Assembly (NCBI GenBank): GCA_964016885.1
Contig: OZ024741.1
Coordinates: 276,086,001 to 276,150,000, forward strand
Length of the DNA stretch: 64,000 nt
From: Eledone cirrhosa
Lineage: Eukaryota
Direction of reading: 5' to 3'
Part shown: one piece after another, positions 1-13,994 of the stretch
How positions within the stretch are numbered: the stretch's first letter is position 1
How the letters are laid out: the number at the start of each line of letters is the position of its first letter
Notes under the pieces: model-generated
The model's input: the letters and a program-made list of their open reading frames with translations, nothing else
Told to the model about the DNA's origin: nothing
Databases searched by the model: none
Position numbers and translations under genes: made by a program

Positions 1-880
1 GAAATCAACGTATAGACAAACAGAGAGTGAAAGAGCGATAGTCTGGCTGCTTTGAACCACTCCCTATATTAGACTGTCTCTAAAGTTATAAACGGAGAAA
101 GAGAAATCAACGTATAGACAAAGAGAGAGTGAAAGAGCAACGTATAGACAAAGAGAGAGTGCTATAAACGGAGAAAGAGAAATCAACGTATAGACAAAGA
201 GTGAGTGAAAGAGCGAGTGTGAAATTTTTTTAATTAAAGATAATTTCAATAGAATTAGTATTCTCTCTTTAATTTAATATAATTTCAATAGAATTAGTAA
301 ATTCTCTCTTTAATTTAATATAATTTCAATAGAATTAGTATAGTGTCTGTTTCACATTACTTCCCTTCCACTCCCATTACAGGGAATTCTTTTTCAGCTA
401 GCCCTTAACTAAGTGCTGTAATTTGATATCTTCATTTCGTCTGTCCTTATTTTCCTGACCTGGACATAAACCAACTTCCCTACCTTTATCTCTATAGAAG
501 TTACTACTTATTTCTTCATCCTTTTCTTTTAGTCTATGTATCTATATAGAGTTTTTTCCTGTTTTTCATCATTTCTCCATATACCGTTTCTGGGTTTCCT
601 TTTTAATACCTTGGTGTTTTGATATTCTTAAAATATTACAATACCTTGGTGTTTTAATATTCTTAAAATATTATATCTCTCTTCCACTATTATCACTAGA
701 ATTTCTACTCTAGCTATCTTATAGCCAATCACTAGAATTTCTACTCTAGCTATATTATAGCCACTAACTGCTGTAATTTGATATCTTCATTTCGTCTGTC
801 CTTATTTTCCTGACCTGGACTTACACCAGCAGCTTACCTTCCCTACCTTTATCTCTAGAAGTTACTACTTATTTCTTCAT
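1..880. repeat. Short tandem and direct duplications upstream of RepHel
   Basis: Repeated gaaatcaacgtatagacaaagagagagtg (1-220), three copies of taatttcaatagaattagta (241-340), and 414-520 duplicated at ~770-880. Confidence 0.8.
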
Positions 881-1181
881 ACTTTGGTTTTATATTTTTA
901 GTTTTATTACCCTACCACATAAACAATGATCACTTATAATACCATGATCCATTTTCCTTATATACTGTAATTTTCTGATGAAGGACTGAGGTACGTGTTA
1001 TTTTGTCTGAATAATTTGTATTATTTTCACTCTGTTTTTACAATTGTTTATATCATCAATCAACACATACATATTGGTTATGACTCCTTCTACATTTCGA
1101 TTACATTGAGTTCTTCATACGTATTTCACACTACTGCTCATTTCGGTAGAGTGATTGTGATAAAATATTTTCTATTCAATT

Positions 1182-4100
1182 ATGCCTCCCAAACGACGAG
1201 CGATTGGTCAATCTACCCCTCAAGCAACGAAAAAATATGCATTACGAGCTTCAGAAACATACGAGCAACGGGAATCACGATTGGAAACCATTCGAGTAAG
1301 AACTGCTCAAGCCCGTTCATCTTAAACATACGAGCAACGGGAAGCAAGATTGCAAACCGTTCGAGTAAGAACTGCTCAAGCCCGTTCATCTGAAACATAC
1401 GAGCAACGGGAAGCAAGATTGCAAACCGTTCGAGTAAGAACTGCTCAAGCCCGTTCATCTGAAACATACGAGCAACGGGAAGCAAGATTGCAAACCGTTC
1501 GAGTAAGAACTGCTCAAGCCCGTTCATCTGAAACATACGAGCAACGGGAAGCAAGATTGCAAACCGTTCGAGTAACAACTGCTCAAGCCCGTTCATCTGA
1601 AACAGACGAGCAACGGAAAGCAAGATTGGAAACGAATCGACTACGCAATGCTCTCACAAGAAGAATACTGCACGCTGATTTCAATCTTGGTGCATTTCAT
1701 TACGATTCAAATTGTGATTACAGTCTTCATCCAAGTGTTATTATTGGAAAAATGGATAAATTATGCGGGTATTGTGGTGCCCTCAAATTTAAAAATGAAA
1801 CACCAGGAATGTGCTGCTCGGGTGGAAAAGTGAAATTGCCAGAATTACATCCACCACCTGAACCATTATCAACGTTAGTATCAGGTGACACAAGCGAATC
1901 TAAACATTTCTTGGCAAACATACGCAAGTACAATTCATGTTTCCAAATGACATCGTTCGGTGCAACAAATATCGTGCGCGGGAATTACATGCCAACATTC
2001 AAAGTGCAAGGGCAAATTTATCATCGTGCTGGATCACTACTACCACTGCCGGACGCAGATCACAAATTTCTTCAAATTTATTTCATGGGAAACACTGATG
2101 ACCAAATAGATCAACGTTGCAAATTCAATAGGGGAACTAAACGAGAAATTGTTACTGCATTACAAACTTTATTCAATCAACACAACAAATTAATTAGATT
2201 GTTCAGAACTGCCCTGGAACAAATGCCAAATGATGACTACACAATTGTAGTTAGAGCAGACAAAACACCTGTTGGCCAACATCAAAGACAGTACAATGCA
2301 CCAACAATTGATGAAGTGGCCATCGTTATAGTAGGTGAAGAATTTAACTCGCGTGATATAATTCTTCACCGCAGAAATGGTGATGTTCAGCGAGTCTCAG
2401 AAACGCATCGGTCATACGATGGATTGCAATATCCAATTTTATTTTGGCAAGAAGATGGATATCATTTCAACATCAAACTGAGAAATCCACAAACAGATGA
2501 GGAAACGAATAAGAAAGTCAGTGCCATGAATTATTATTCATATAGATTAATGATTCGTGAAAACGGTGAAAATCATATTTTGAAATGTCGACAATTGTTC
2601 CATCAATACATTGTCGATATGTATGCAAAAATCGAAACCGAACGACTTCTCTACATTCGATTGAATCAAACCAAGCTACGTTCAGAAGAGTACATTCATT
2701 TACGTGATGCCATTCTTAATGATGGCAATATGAATCCTAATGAATTGGGGAAAATGGTCATACTGCCGGCTACATTTACAGGGAGTCCACGGCACATGCA
2801 TGAATACGCACAAGATGCAATGACATATGTTCGCGCATATGGCCGTCCAGATTTGTTCATTACATTCACATGCAATCCTACGTGGGATGAAATTAAAGAA
2901 CTTTTGTTACCTGGTCAATCATCTTCGGATCGTCATGATATTACAGCGCGTGTGTTCAAACAAAAATTGAAATCTTTAATCGATTTCATTGTCAAGCATC
3001 ATGTTTTTGGAGAGACACGCTGTTGGATGTATTCCATTGAATGGCAAAAAAGAGGATTGCCACATGCACACATTTTGATTTGGTTGATTGAAAAAGTCAC
3101 ACCAGATCAAATTGATCAAATCATCTCAGCAGAAATACCAGATGTCAACGTTGATCCAGACTTATTTGAAGTCATCACTAAAAACATGATTCATGGTCCA
3201 TGTGGCTTACTCAACAACAATTCACCATGCATGTCTGATGGGAAATGCACGAAACAATACCCAAAAGACTTACTTGCCGACACTATCACTGGCAATGACG
3301 GATATCCACTCTATCGTCGACGAGCAACTGAAGATAGCGGCAAATCCATCACTTTAAAAGTACGAAACAATTATGTTGAAGTCAATAATCGTTGGATTGT
3401 ACCATATTCACCGTTACTCTCGAAGACGTTCAAAGCACACATCAATGTCGAGTATTGCAATTCGGTGAAAGCGATCAAGTACATTTGCAAATATATCAAC
3501 AAAGGAAGCGATATGGCAGTCTTTGGAGTGTGCAATGCAACTACACCTATCGATGAAATCGACCAATACCAACTGGGACGCAGTATGGCGCATTTTATCA
3601 TTTCCAATCCATCATCGACATCCAACAGTTGTTCATTTGGCGGTGCACCTTGAAAATGGACAGCGCGTATACTTCACAACTGAAAATGTACGTGCAAGGG
3701 CACTGACACCACCGCCAACAACGTTAACTGCGTTTTTCTCATTGTGCAGCGAAGATGTGTTTGCAAAGACACTACTTTATTCTGAAGTGCCAACATATTA
3801 CACATGGAATACACCAACGAAAAAGTTTAAACGTCGCAAACAGAGTAAAGTAGTTGAAGGACATCCAAATTTATATTCGACCGACGCGTTAGGCCGTTTG
3901 TACACTGTTCACCCAAATAATGCAGAATGCTTTTATTTGCGATTGTTGTAAATTAACATACGTGGACCGACATCATTCCAAGAATTGAGAACAGTAAACG
4001 GTCAAGTATGTGCCACTTATCGTGAGGCTTGCCAAGAATTAAATCTTCTTGAAAATGATGGACATTGGGACACTTCACTCGCTGATGCATCGAATACTGC

Positions 4101-5817
4101 TCGACCAAAGCAAATACGCACATTATTCTCAATAATATTGACAACGTGCTTCCCATCAAATCCAAAAGATCTTTGGGAAAAATATAAAGACTACATGAGT
4201 GAAGACATCCTACATCGTTTGCGTGCAACAAATCAAAATATGAATATTCAATTCACACCAAATGTGTATAATGAAGCATTGGTTTCCATTGAGGTCATAT
4301 GTTTAGCAATCGCTAACAAAACATTGGTACAATTGGGAATGCCTGCGCCGAATCGATCTGTAAACGACATTTTCGATCGTGATTTGCAACGAGAAACAAA
4401 CTTTGATGTCGCCGAATTGGGTACATTTGTTCAAACGAATCTTCCCAAATTGCTACCAGAACAACGCATAATATATGACCAAATTATGCAGGCAATTATA
4501 AGTCAAAGCCGCGGATTGTATTTTATAGATGCGCCCGGTGGTACAGGCAAAACTTTTCTCATTTCACTTATTTTGGCAACTATACGATCAGAAAATAATA
4601 TTGCACTGGCAATCGCATCATCTGGAATTGCGGCAACTCTTTTAGATGGTGGCCGAACAGTACATTCAGCCCTGAAATTGCCATTGAATATGCAAATCGC
4701 TGAGACATCAACATGCAATATTACCAAAAATTCTGGTATAGGTAAAGTACTCCAATCATGTAAAATCATTATATGGGACGAATGTACTATGGCGCACAAA
4801 AAATCATTGGAAGCGCTTAATAATACGCTAAAAGATTTGAAAGGAAATGAACAGCTCTTCGGTGGCACACTCATTTTATTGTCTGGTGATTTTCGACAAA
4901 CTCTACCAGTTATACCGCGATCAACACCCGCTGATGAGCTTAATGCATGTCTCAAATCATCAGTTTTATGGCGACACGTACAGAAATTAACTTTAAAAAA
5001 CAATATGCGTGTACAACTACAAAATGACGCATCCGCTGAACGTTTCACAAAACAATTGCTGGATATTGGGAATGGGAAAATGGTAATCGATGATTCCACA
5101 AAATGTATCACATTGCCAACAAACTTCTGTAGAATCACGGCAACCAGAGACGAACTGATTCACAAAGTGTTCCCAAATATTGCGCAGCATTACAAAAATC
5201 ATCAGTGGCTTAGTGTACGTGCTATATTAGCAGCCAAAAACACCGATGTCAATGCCATTAATTTCAGCATTCAAAACGAAATACCAGGCGAAGCGACAAC
5301 GTATAAGTTCATCGATACTGTAATGAATCAAGACGAAATTATCAATTATCCAATTGAATTCTTGAATTCACTTGATTTTCCAGGCATGCCACCGCACATT
5401 TTAACATTGAAAATTGGCGTGCCTATCATCCTTCTCCGAAACATCAATCCACCACAACTTTGCAACGGTACCAGACTTTCAGTGAAAAAGACGATGAACA
5501 ATATCATCGAGGCTACAATTTTAAATGGAAAATTTAAAGGAGAAGATGTACTCTTGCCACGCATCCCAATCATTCCAACAGATACGCCATTCGATTTCAA
5601 ACGTTTGCAGTTTCCGGTGCGACTCGCCTTTGCAATGACTATCAACAAAGCACAAGGACAATCGCTACAAGTGTGTGGACTAAATTTAGAAAATCCATGC
5701 TTCTCACATGGACAGCTGTATGTGGCTTGCTCACGCGTCGGTAAACCTTCTGATTTATTCGTGTACGCACCAGAAGGAAAAACAAAAAACATTGTGTATC
5801 CAAAAGCACTTCAGTAA
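1182..5817 (+). pseudogene. Helitron RepHel (HUH Rep + PIF1-like SF1 helicase), disrupted
   Basis: ATG at 1182 (MPPKRRAIG) is in frame with ORF 1350-3653. Motifs: zinc-finger-like CGYC..CC, Rep FITFTCNP, EWQKRGLPHAH and YICKYINKG, helicase DAPGGTGKT, IIWDEC, AMTINKAQGQS and HGQLYVACSRV. Lesions: TAA at 1323-1325, frameshift near 3580, TAA at 3949-3951. Confidence 0.95.
1250..1640 (+). repeat. 69-bp coding tandem repeat (23-aa ETYEQREARLQTVRVRTAQARSS), ~5.5 copies
   Basis: Direct repeats visible in the DNA and in the ORF translation. Confidence 0.95.
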
Positions 5818-6419
5818 AACAAATTAAATGTTCTTATAACGAATTTTCTTTAAATTCGTCAGTCATTCAGTCATTTAAAGATAAATGTTAAAATCTAAAA
5901 AATAGAAACTAAATTACAGAAGTTTTTAAATAACGATTAAAATGTTAATATTATTCTTTTCTAAATAAGCTTTTTAACACTGAGCGAAGCCGGGTAGCTC
6001 CGCTAGTTATATATATATATTATATATATATATATATATTATATATATATAATATATATATATTATATATATATACATATATATGTTATATATATATATT
6101 TATTAAAATAACAGATTAAAGTTTAAGCAAAGAATCGCTGCTTTCACCCTTAACGGGATCTTCTGAAACTAAAAAAATCAATCTGTGAACGCAGAAGTAA
6201 ATATTTCGAAAAACGTTTCAACCGAAGGAAGACAGGAAGACGATACTTTGGTTCGTGGAAACGTTCCCTGGCAAAGAACGGAAAAAACGAAGATAATACG
6301 TCAATTAAAATATATACTTAGTAAAAGGATTTTAGATAGAATTATACCTGAAATTAGAAGTTTGGCCTCTCTTGCACTGTGGAATAATTCTTTCGCAGTG
6401 ATTGGTTGATTCAACGGCA

Positions 6420-7882
6420 TATGCAACAAGGAACATTGCCGTTTTATCCAATTCGACATCAATAATTACTACTCCAATTCGACATCAATAATTACTAATA
6501 AAGTACCAGTAATGAACTGGGTAATTGCTGGCCTTGTGCCTAAAGAAGAAATAAATAATTACTACTCCTCCATCACTTTACCACTTCTTAGAGCTATCAA
6601 TTTCGCTAAAACACTCACAGTGGTTAAGGATTTCGAAGTTGATGTCATCCTCAATGCCCGTAAGTCGGTGATTAATTTCGACGACTCTATTTGGATTAAA
6701 AATTCTAATAGTACCCCATTCGACGTGAGTATGGGCGCCAGCGATTCTGCGGAGGTTACTGATCTTATTGGCCTTTTCCTTCTTTTGTCTATCAAGGACG
6801 AATTCCCCAACGTGGGCGGTGGTTTGTACCGTGACGATGGTCTTTTGACCATGACTAAGTGCGGCCCTCGTGCTTGCGACAGGTTCAGAAAAGAACTCAC
6901 AGCCTTCTTTAAAGGCTTCAACCTCTCGGTCGTTAATTACCTCGACGTTACCCTCTATTTATCGAATGGCTTGTATTACCCGTATAGAAAGCCGAATGAT
7001 ACGCCTAATTACATAAGTAAGCATTCCAACCATCCTGCCAGCATAACCAAGAATCTGGTAAGAAACGTTTCTTTGAGGCTTTCCCGTCTATCTACTAACG
7101 AGCATATTTTCAACGACCATTCCACATATTACAATGAAGCTCTTGCTCGGAGTGGATTTGTCGATAAGGTAGCATATACAGAGTACGAGAATAGACCTAG
7201 AAGAAATAGATCCCGACGCATTATATGGTATAACCCACCATATAATATGGAGGTGGCCACACCATTAGCTAAGATCTTTCTTTCCCTTATTACGAAGCAT
7301 TTTCCCCCTACACATAAATATAGTAAAATTTTTAATAGAAATACTATTAAAATTTCTTACTCTACGACTAACCTTGCACATAACATCACAGCTTCAAATT
7401 TAGCTAAACTACCTAGCCGTAGGAACACGTGCAACCCTGTAGTTAGTACTAACTTTAATTGTAGGAATCAGGTTGAGTGCTCCCTATCCGGGAAATGCCT
7501 CTCTAGTAACATTGTCTACAAATGTAAGGTTGAAACCCTATGTAGGGCCTACATAGGGTTAACCGTCAATAGATTCAAGCAGCGTTTTTACATGCATACC
7601 CATTCTTTTTGTTACCCTCTAAGAAGGAATATGACGTCACTTTCAGCTTATATCTGGAGTCTAAAAGACAACCACAACCGATATAAGTTACACTTCCTAG
7701 CTAGGGCTAGATCGTATAACGGAAATAAAAGACCGTGTGACCTCTGCGCCGCTGAGGCCCTGGAAATACTCTACGCCAATGATCACATCTTAAACAAAAA
7801 ATCTGAGGCAATTTCGGCTTGTAAACATAAATTGCACAAAACTTTCCTGTATTACAGCCCCACATTATATCCTAATGGATAG
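6420..7882 (+). pseudogene. Penelope-type reverse transcriptase + GIY-YIG endonuclease (partial)
   Basis: FIQFDI motif near 6445, FDVSMGA, GGGLYRDDGL, VNYLDVT, YRKPN, KISYS, linker NCRNQVECSLSGKC, and IVYKC...YIGLT..FKQRF. Confidence 0.9.
6498..6553 (+). mobile_element. SINE 3' fragment inserted in the Penelope RT
   Basis: Matches the SINE tail seen at 46610-46665 and 51325-51380 (aaagtaccagtaat..ctggg..ttgctggccttgtgcc). Flanked by the duplication aataattacta at 6487-6497 and 6554-6564. Confidence 0.8.
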
Positions 7883-8862
7883 TACGATCTATGCGCGGTT
7901 ATTTTACGTCTTGATGTGGTAGCTAAGTATATGTTATGTATATACCATTACTTATTTGTATAGGTAAGTATATATTACCTTTATGTTTTGTGAAGATACG
8001 TATACTTTCTCGTACGTATATTTGATTGTATATGTTATGGCATATATTTTATATATTCTGGTACATATGCTTTTGGTTGTGTATACGTGGGTTTTGCGTC
8101 TGTGCGAGTATGCGGGTTCGTACGTATGTAGGGTGTGTGTATATGTGTACTTCGTGTTTTGGTTGACGAACCTCTCCGAACATTTGTGTATTTACATGTA
8201 GGTATGTGTGTGCGCTTGTTATATACGTATTTATTTATATACGTTTTTTTAATTATTTGTATACACGCACACACATATTTATATGTGCGTGTATTTGTAT
8301 ACCTATGGCCAGTGTTTTCGCGTATGCTTGTGTATGTACGTATTTGGTTGCGTGTATGTATTTATTTAATTTCAATTACCTCTGTATTTTATTTACTTTA
8401 TTCTTAACTCTGAAGCGGAGAATCATTCGGTTTCCTAGTTAGAATTTTAGTCTACGACTTCAGTTATACCATTTACGTGGTTTTGTCTTTGCGTGCAATT
8501 GTTCTCTACGCTCCACATATGACGTATTATCTTCGTTTTTTCCGTTCATTGCCAGAGAACGTCTCTATGAACCACCTAAGAGAATATTAGTCTACGACTT
8601 CTTTTATACCATAAACGTGGTTCTGTCTTTGCGTGTAATTGTTTTTAACCGCTCCAAATAATGACGTATTATATTCGTTTTTTCCCGTTCTTTGCCAGGG
8701 AACGTTTCCACGAACCAAAGTATCGTCTTCCTGTCTTCCTCCGGTTGCAACGTTTTTTGAAATATCCACTTCTGCGTTTACAGATTGACTTTGTTAGTTT
8801 CAGAAGATCCCGTTAAGGGTGAAAGCAGCGATTCTTTGCTTAAACTTTAATCTGTTATTTTA

Positions 8863-9291
<429 letters not shown>

Positions 9292-9295
9292 TGAA

Positions 9296-9585
9296 TGTCC
9301 GAAGATAATACGTTAGCAAAGACGTGTTCGGCAGAATGTCGTTATGCAGACAGTCAGACATACAGACAGATATTATAAGGGCTCGATGGCGATCGATAAC
9401 CGGCGCCTAACACCCCTTTAACAACAGAAAATTGAAAAATAAAAACGGCAGTTAGTATCTTTAGACCGCAAGGAATATATAAACGCAAGTTTGGAGTCAA
9501 TCGGAGTAGAAATGTGGATTTGTATAGACTTTGCAAAAATGAGGACACACACACAGACAACATCAGTTTTATACATATATATATA
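9296..9585 (-). mobile_element. Possible 5' segment of a non-autonomous Helitron-like element
   Basis: The minus strand begins tatatatgtataaaactgatgttgtctgtgtgtgtgtcc...ccgattgactccaaacttg, resembling non-autonomous Helitron 5' ends. No 3' CTRR end was found. Confidence 0.35.
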
Positions 9586-9591
9586 ATATAC

Positions 9592-9654
<63 letters not shown>

Positions 9655-9695
9655 TATATATATATTATATAATATATATAATATATATATATATA

Positions 9696-12600
9696 TGCAA
9701 GGGTGGGACGGGTCATATTCAGCATACCATCTCTCCACTTGTCACGGTCCTTTGTCATCTCTACCATGAGCGTCAGCGATCTGAGGTCCGCTCTCACCAC
9801 CTCCGCCCATATTTTTTGTAGCCTTCCTCTACTATGTCTTCCTTCAACTGGCATTTCTTAGCACTTCTTCACCCGTCGGTCATCCGCCATGCGCATCACA
9901 TGTTCATACCATCGCAGTCTCCTTTCCCGCACCCAACAATTTATCCCTTCCAGACACAGTTTCTCTCTCAACACATCCATGCTCGGCCGTTCATGCCCAT
10001 TGACATTGCACATCTAATGGAGCATGCTTGCCTCATTTCTCTCCAGCCGTCGCATATCCTCTGCAGTTGCTGCCCATGTCTCACTACCATGCAACATTGC
10101 ACACCTCACACAGAAACCCTTCTTCATCAGCAAAGGAAGCAGCTCCCTAAACTTCTTCCAACCGATCCTTATTCTAGATACTATGACCTCGTAACACCCC
10201 CTCCCATGCTAATCTGATCACCTAGGTGCCAGAAGCTATCAACCACTTCTATAGCACCCACCGGCATTTGAAAAATGTGTCTATCAATGCGACATCTGTC
10301 AAATTTCCCTGTACATCTACTGCATACGTATTTCTCCCTACCTGTTAGTTTGCCTGCTATCCCACTACATCTCTTGTGTACATTTTATAGAATTTATGCC
10401 AGTTCCTTTTCTGCATATGGAACATGGCCATTTCCCTGGCAGAATCAGAGTTTTGTCCTTTTTTCTACTCATCAACACTTTTGTCTTAGCTAGGTTCACT
10501 CTCAGTCCTCTTGCTTCCAACTGCTGTTTCCATAGCCAGAATCTATTCTCGAGCTCCTCTACTGATTCTGCTATAAGAACCAGATAGTCAGCATAGAGAA
10601 GTTCCAATGGACAGCCAGTCTTAAATTCCTCTGTTATGGCTTGGAGAACTATAATGAACAAGAGTGGGCTGAGGACCGAACCCTGATGTACTCCTACTTG
10701 TATCTGGAATTCCTCACTAAACTCTATTCCTACCCTCACTTTACTGACAGCACCTCTGTACAAAGCTTGCACTATCCTCACAAGCCATTTCTCAACACCC
10801 AGCTTCCTTAGGGACCACCAGATGACAGATCGGGGTACCCTATCAAAGGCTTTCTCTAGCTCAACAAAAGCTAAGTATAGTGGCTTATTCTTCTCTAAGA
10901 ACCTCTCTTGTAATTGTCTCACTAAGAAGAGGGCATCCGTTGTACTTTCCCCAGGCACAAAACCAAACTGCATCTCATCTAGTTTGACCCTTTCTCTAAT
11001 TAGTTGTGCTAATATCCTTTCTGCCACTTTCTAACCTGATCCATCAATTTTATGCCCCTATAATTGCTCCTCTCCAGAGCATCCCCATTACCATTGTAGC
11101 AATTTATGAGAATACTGCTGCACCAGTCTTTGGGTATGATTCTGCCATATATAGCTTGATTGACGATGCATGCAACCAGTTTATTACCTACTTCTCCTGA
11201 CGCCTTCAGCATCTCAGCAACTATCTCCAACGGTCCAGCGTCCTTACCATTTTTTATTTGCTTAATTGCTTCTTGGACCCTATATTAATCAATCTCAATA
11301 GCTGGTCCCTTTGTTGGGTCTACTGGGAGTAATTTCTCTCTGCCCCATTCGTTCTCCACATTCATCAGTCTCTCATAATGACATTTCCAAGCCTCCTTTT
11401 TCTGATCATTCATGACACTAAGTACACCGGCATTATTCCGGACACATTTATCTCCAACAACATCCTGATTTGCACTGACACACTGCCTTGCAATGCGGAA
11501 CACCGCACGTCTCTGATCTTCCTGTCGCAGAACATTGGCAAACCTCCTACTCTCAGCCTCCCTGCGTGCTAAGTACACCTGACGTCTAGCTTCTCTCTTG
11601 GCGGCTGTATATCCTTCTCTACTCCCACCCTTTTTTCAAGCATTCCATGCTAGTCTTTTGTCTCTAATGGCCTTATCTACCGGGCTGTTCCACCACCAGG
11701 TCACTCTCTGTCTGGTTGGAGCTCTGCTCCAGCCACAAGTTTCTTCAGTAGCCTGCAGTAAGTTGACACATAAGAAATTCCAGCTGTCATCTGTCATACG
11801 ACTTTAAATCGTCTTCTTTTTCATCATACGCATCTTGAAGGGCTTTCCTAAATTTGTATTTTAGTGAAAGGTCTTTTAACTTCCAGACCTTTCTTCTCCA
11901 CACCTTCCTGTATATCTCATTCCATCTCTTGCTTACTGCGCTATCACTAACGACTATCCTATGCTGTGGGTTACATTCTTCCCAAGGGTATGCCTTGGTA
12001 TTAGACACTATCTGTCTGTCCTGCTGCCTAACTAGTAAGAAGTCAATCTGGCTTATGTGCTCGCCAGATTTGTAGGTTATTAGGTGGTTGGCAGGTTTCT
12101 GGAAGTTTGTGTTGCAAATGGTTAGTGCCTTGCATCACAAAATTCAAGAAGTCTCACCCCTTCTTCATTTCTTGAGCCGTAACCATGCCTACCATGTACC
12201 CCAGTGTAACCATCCTGGAGCTGTCCAACATGCTCATTGAAGTCCCCTGCTAGCATAACGATGTCTCCGTCCTCTGTCATTGTGGTTGTTTGTAAAAGTT
12301 GCTCGTAAAAGCAGTCTTTCTCTTCTTTACCTAGGCCTGCTTGAGGAGCATAGGCAGAGATGATTGTCAGTAGTCTCCTGCCTACAACTAATCTAAGCTT
12401 AATTATTCTATTACTAACTCTAACTACCTCTATTGTCTTATTGATCCATCTCCCAGCCATGAAAATGCCTACTCCCCCAAACCCATCATCATTACCCACC
12501 CAGAAAAGCTTATAAGTAAGATGTTTGCCTACGATTACTCTCGCAGAGGCACCTCTCCATCTCACTTCTTGCACACAACACACATCCACATACCTTCTCT

Positions 12601-13146
12601 CCAACATCTCCATTATTTCACCAGATCTACCTGTGAGAGTGCCAACATTAAGTGTTGCAACTCTGAGATGTGACAGCCTCATATTCTTGTTCCTTTTCCT
12701 GTTCCTGTAGTGCGATTGCTTGATGACGGTCGAAGGGTTCTCACACATGGCCTCACTACCCACCCCACTACCGTGCGCCGCCCTAACATGGTTAGTGTTA
12801 TTGCTGTTGACACAGTTGCTGCAATTCTTATTCGTTGTGCTCATAATTTTGGCATTTATTATACTAGCTGGATGCCCTTCCTAACACCAGCACCACTTTA
12901 CAGCATGGACTGGGTGCTTTTATTCGTGCCACCAGCAGTAGAGAGGTCGTCTTACTGGACTCAGGGGCCCTAACCACCCCTCAATTTTTACAGCATGGAC
13001 TGGGTGCTTTTATTCGTGCTACCAGCACTAGGGAAGCTGTCTTACTGGACTTAGGGGACTTCTCTACTCTGCACCAATTTATTCGGAGTGGTAGCTCTCC
13101 TAGACGAGTTGCCTACATTACGGCTTACGGAGCCTCCGTCCGCCCC
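9696..13146 (-). mobile_element. Near full-length RTE-clade LINE (family A), degenerate
   Basis: APE endonuclease (LRVATLNVGTL..VCCVQEVRW..YAPQ..AGDFN, 12122-12844), RT fragments (QFGF, FVELEKAFDRV, GVHQGSVLSPLLF, YADY; 10365-11230) and C-terminal RGRLQKIW. Single-ORF layout broken by frameshifts and stops. Confidence 0.92.
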
Positions 13147-13249
13147 TTGTCTGTTCTATGATATATTCACGAAGGAAAAATAAATAATACATTTGACTGT
13201 CTCTGTTAGGTGTGGTGTCACAGGATTATTCTTTTATTTTCTTGCATAG

Positions 13250-13990
13250 TATATTTGGCTATGAAATAGTAAAAGGAAAATATATTTTGTTGTGGTTGAG
13301 TAAATATATGTTAGTTATGTAGGGAAAACTAAATAAAATGTATTATGTAATATGACAGCTGCAACCTGATGATATTCGTTTCCTCCTTACATCTGCTTCG
13401 TATATCACCACTGGAGTGTTACATTGTGGGTCAAGATGGCATATTTTTTTCTTTTTGCACGAACATCTGGATGTTAGAGGGCTTTTGTGTTTATTTTTTA
13501 TGCAGGATTTTATATTTTTGGTGAAGGAGTAGCTGATTTTCACAATGTGGCAGTTAAATATCTAACAGTATTTGTCAAATAAATCATTGGTAGTGGATTA
13601 TTTGACTCAAGCAACCTCATTATTGAAGAGGAAGGTTTTTCTACAGTAGGATATGATTAACATGTATATTAGGGAAGTTACTTCCAAAATCAAAGGCCTT
13701 ATCAAATAAAGTTTTAGAAATCAAAGTATAAAAATCAATATGAACTGAATAAATCTAGTTATGTTATTGAGGGAACTAAACCAATTAATTAAAACTTGAC
13801 TATTCTCCCACTAATTAAGGTTAGACTGTTGTCTAATAGCCTTGTTTACATTCCTAAGTATTCTTAATTACAGGGTCATAATTCTGTTCTGGTAGAGTTT
13901 ATGAGCCGGCAGGTGGGGTTATTAGTAAAAACCACTTTGTGATCCTGATGTAGACCTCTTTTATTTAGATATTCTAATGTTTTATCTACC
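13250..13990 (-). pseudogene. Old Penelope-like element fragment
   Basis: ORF 13343-13543 has KISYSFTKN..CSCKKKKICHLDPQC..VVIYEA, similar to the linker and GIY-YIG start of the element at 6.5-7.9 kb. Confidence 0.6.
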
Positions 13991-13994
13991 TTAA

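Larger units (their letters stand above)
1..6006 (+). mobile_element. Helitron rolling-circle transposon; 5' end not identified, may lie upstream of the window
   Basis: Rep and PIF1 helicase coding region at 1182-5817. The 3' terminus has an imperfect GC-rich hairpin (ctgagcgaagccggg, ~5980-5994), then CTAG at 6003-6006 followed by T. Confidence 0.92.

Noticed and set aside
4503-5792. Antisense ORFs over the helicase
   Set aside because: Shadow frames of the Helitron coding strand with no recognisable motifs.
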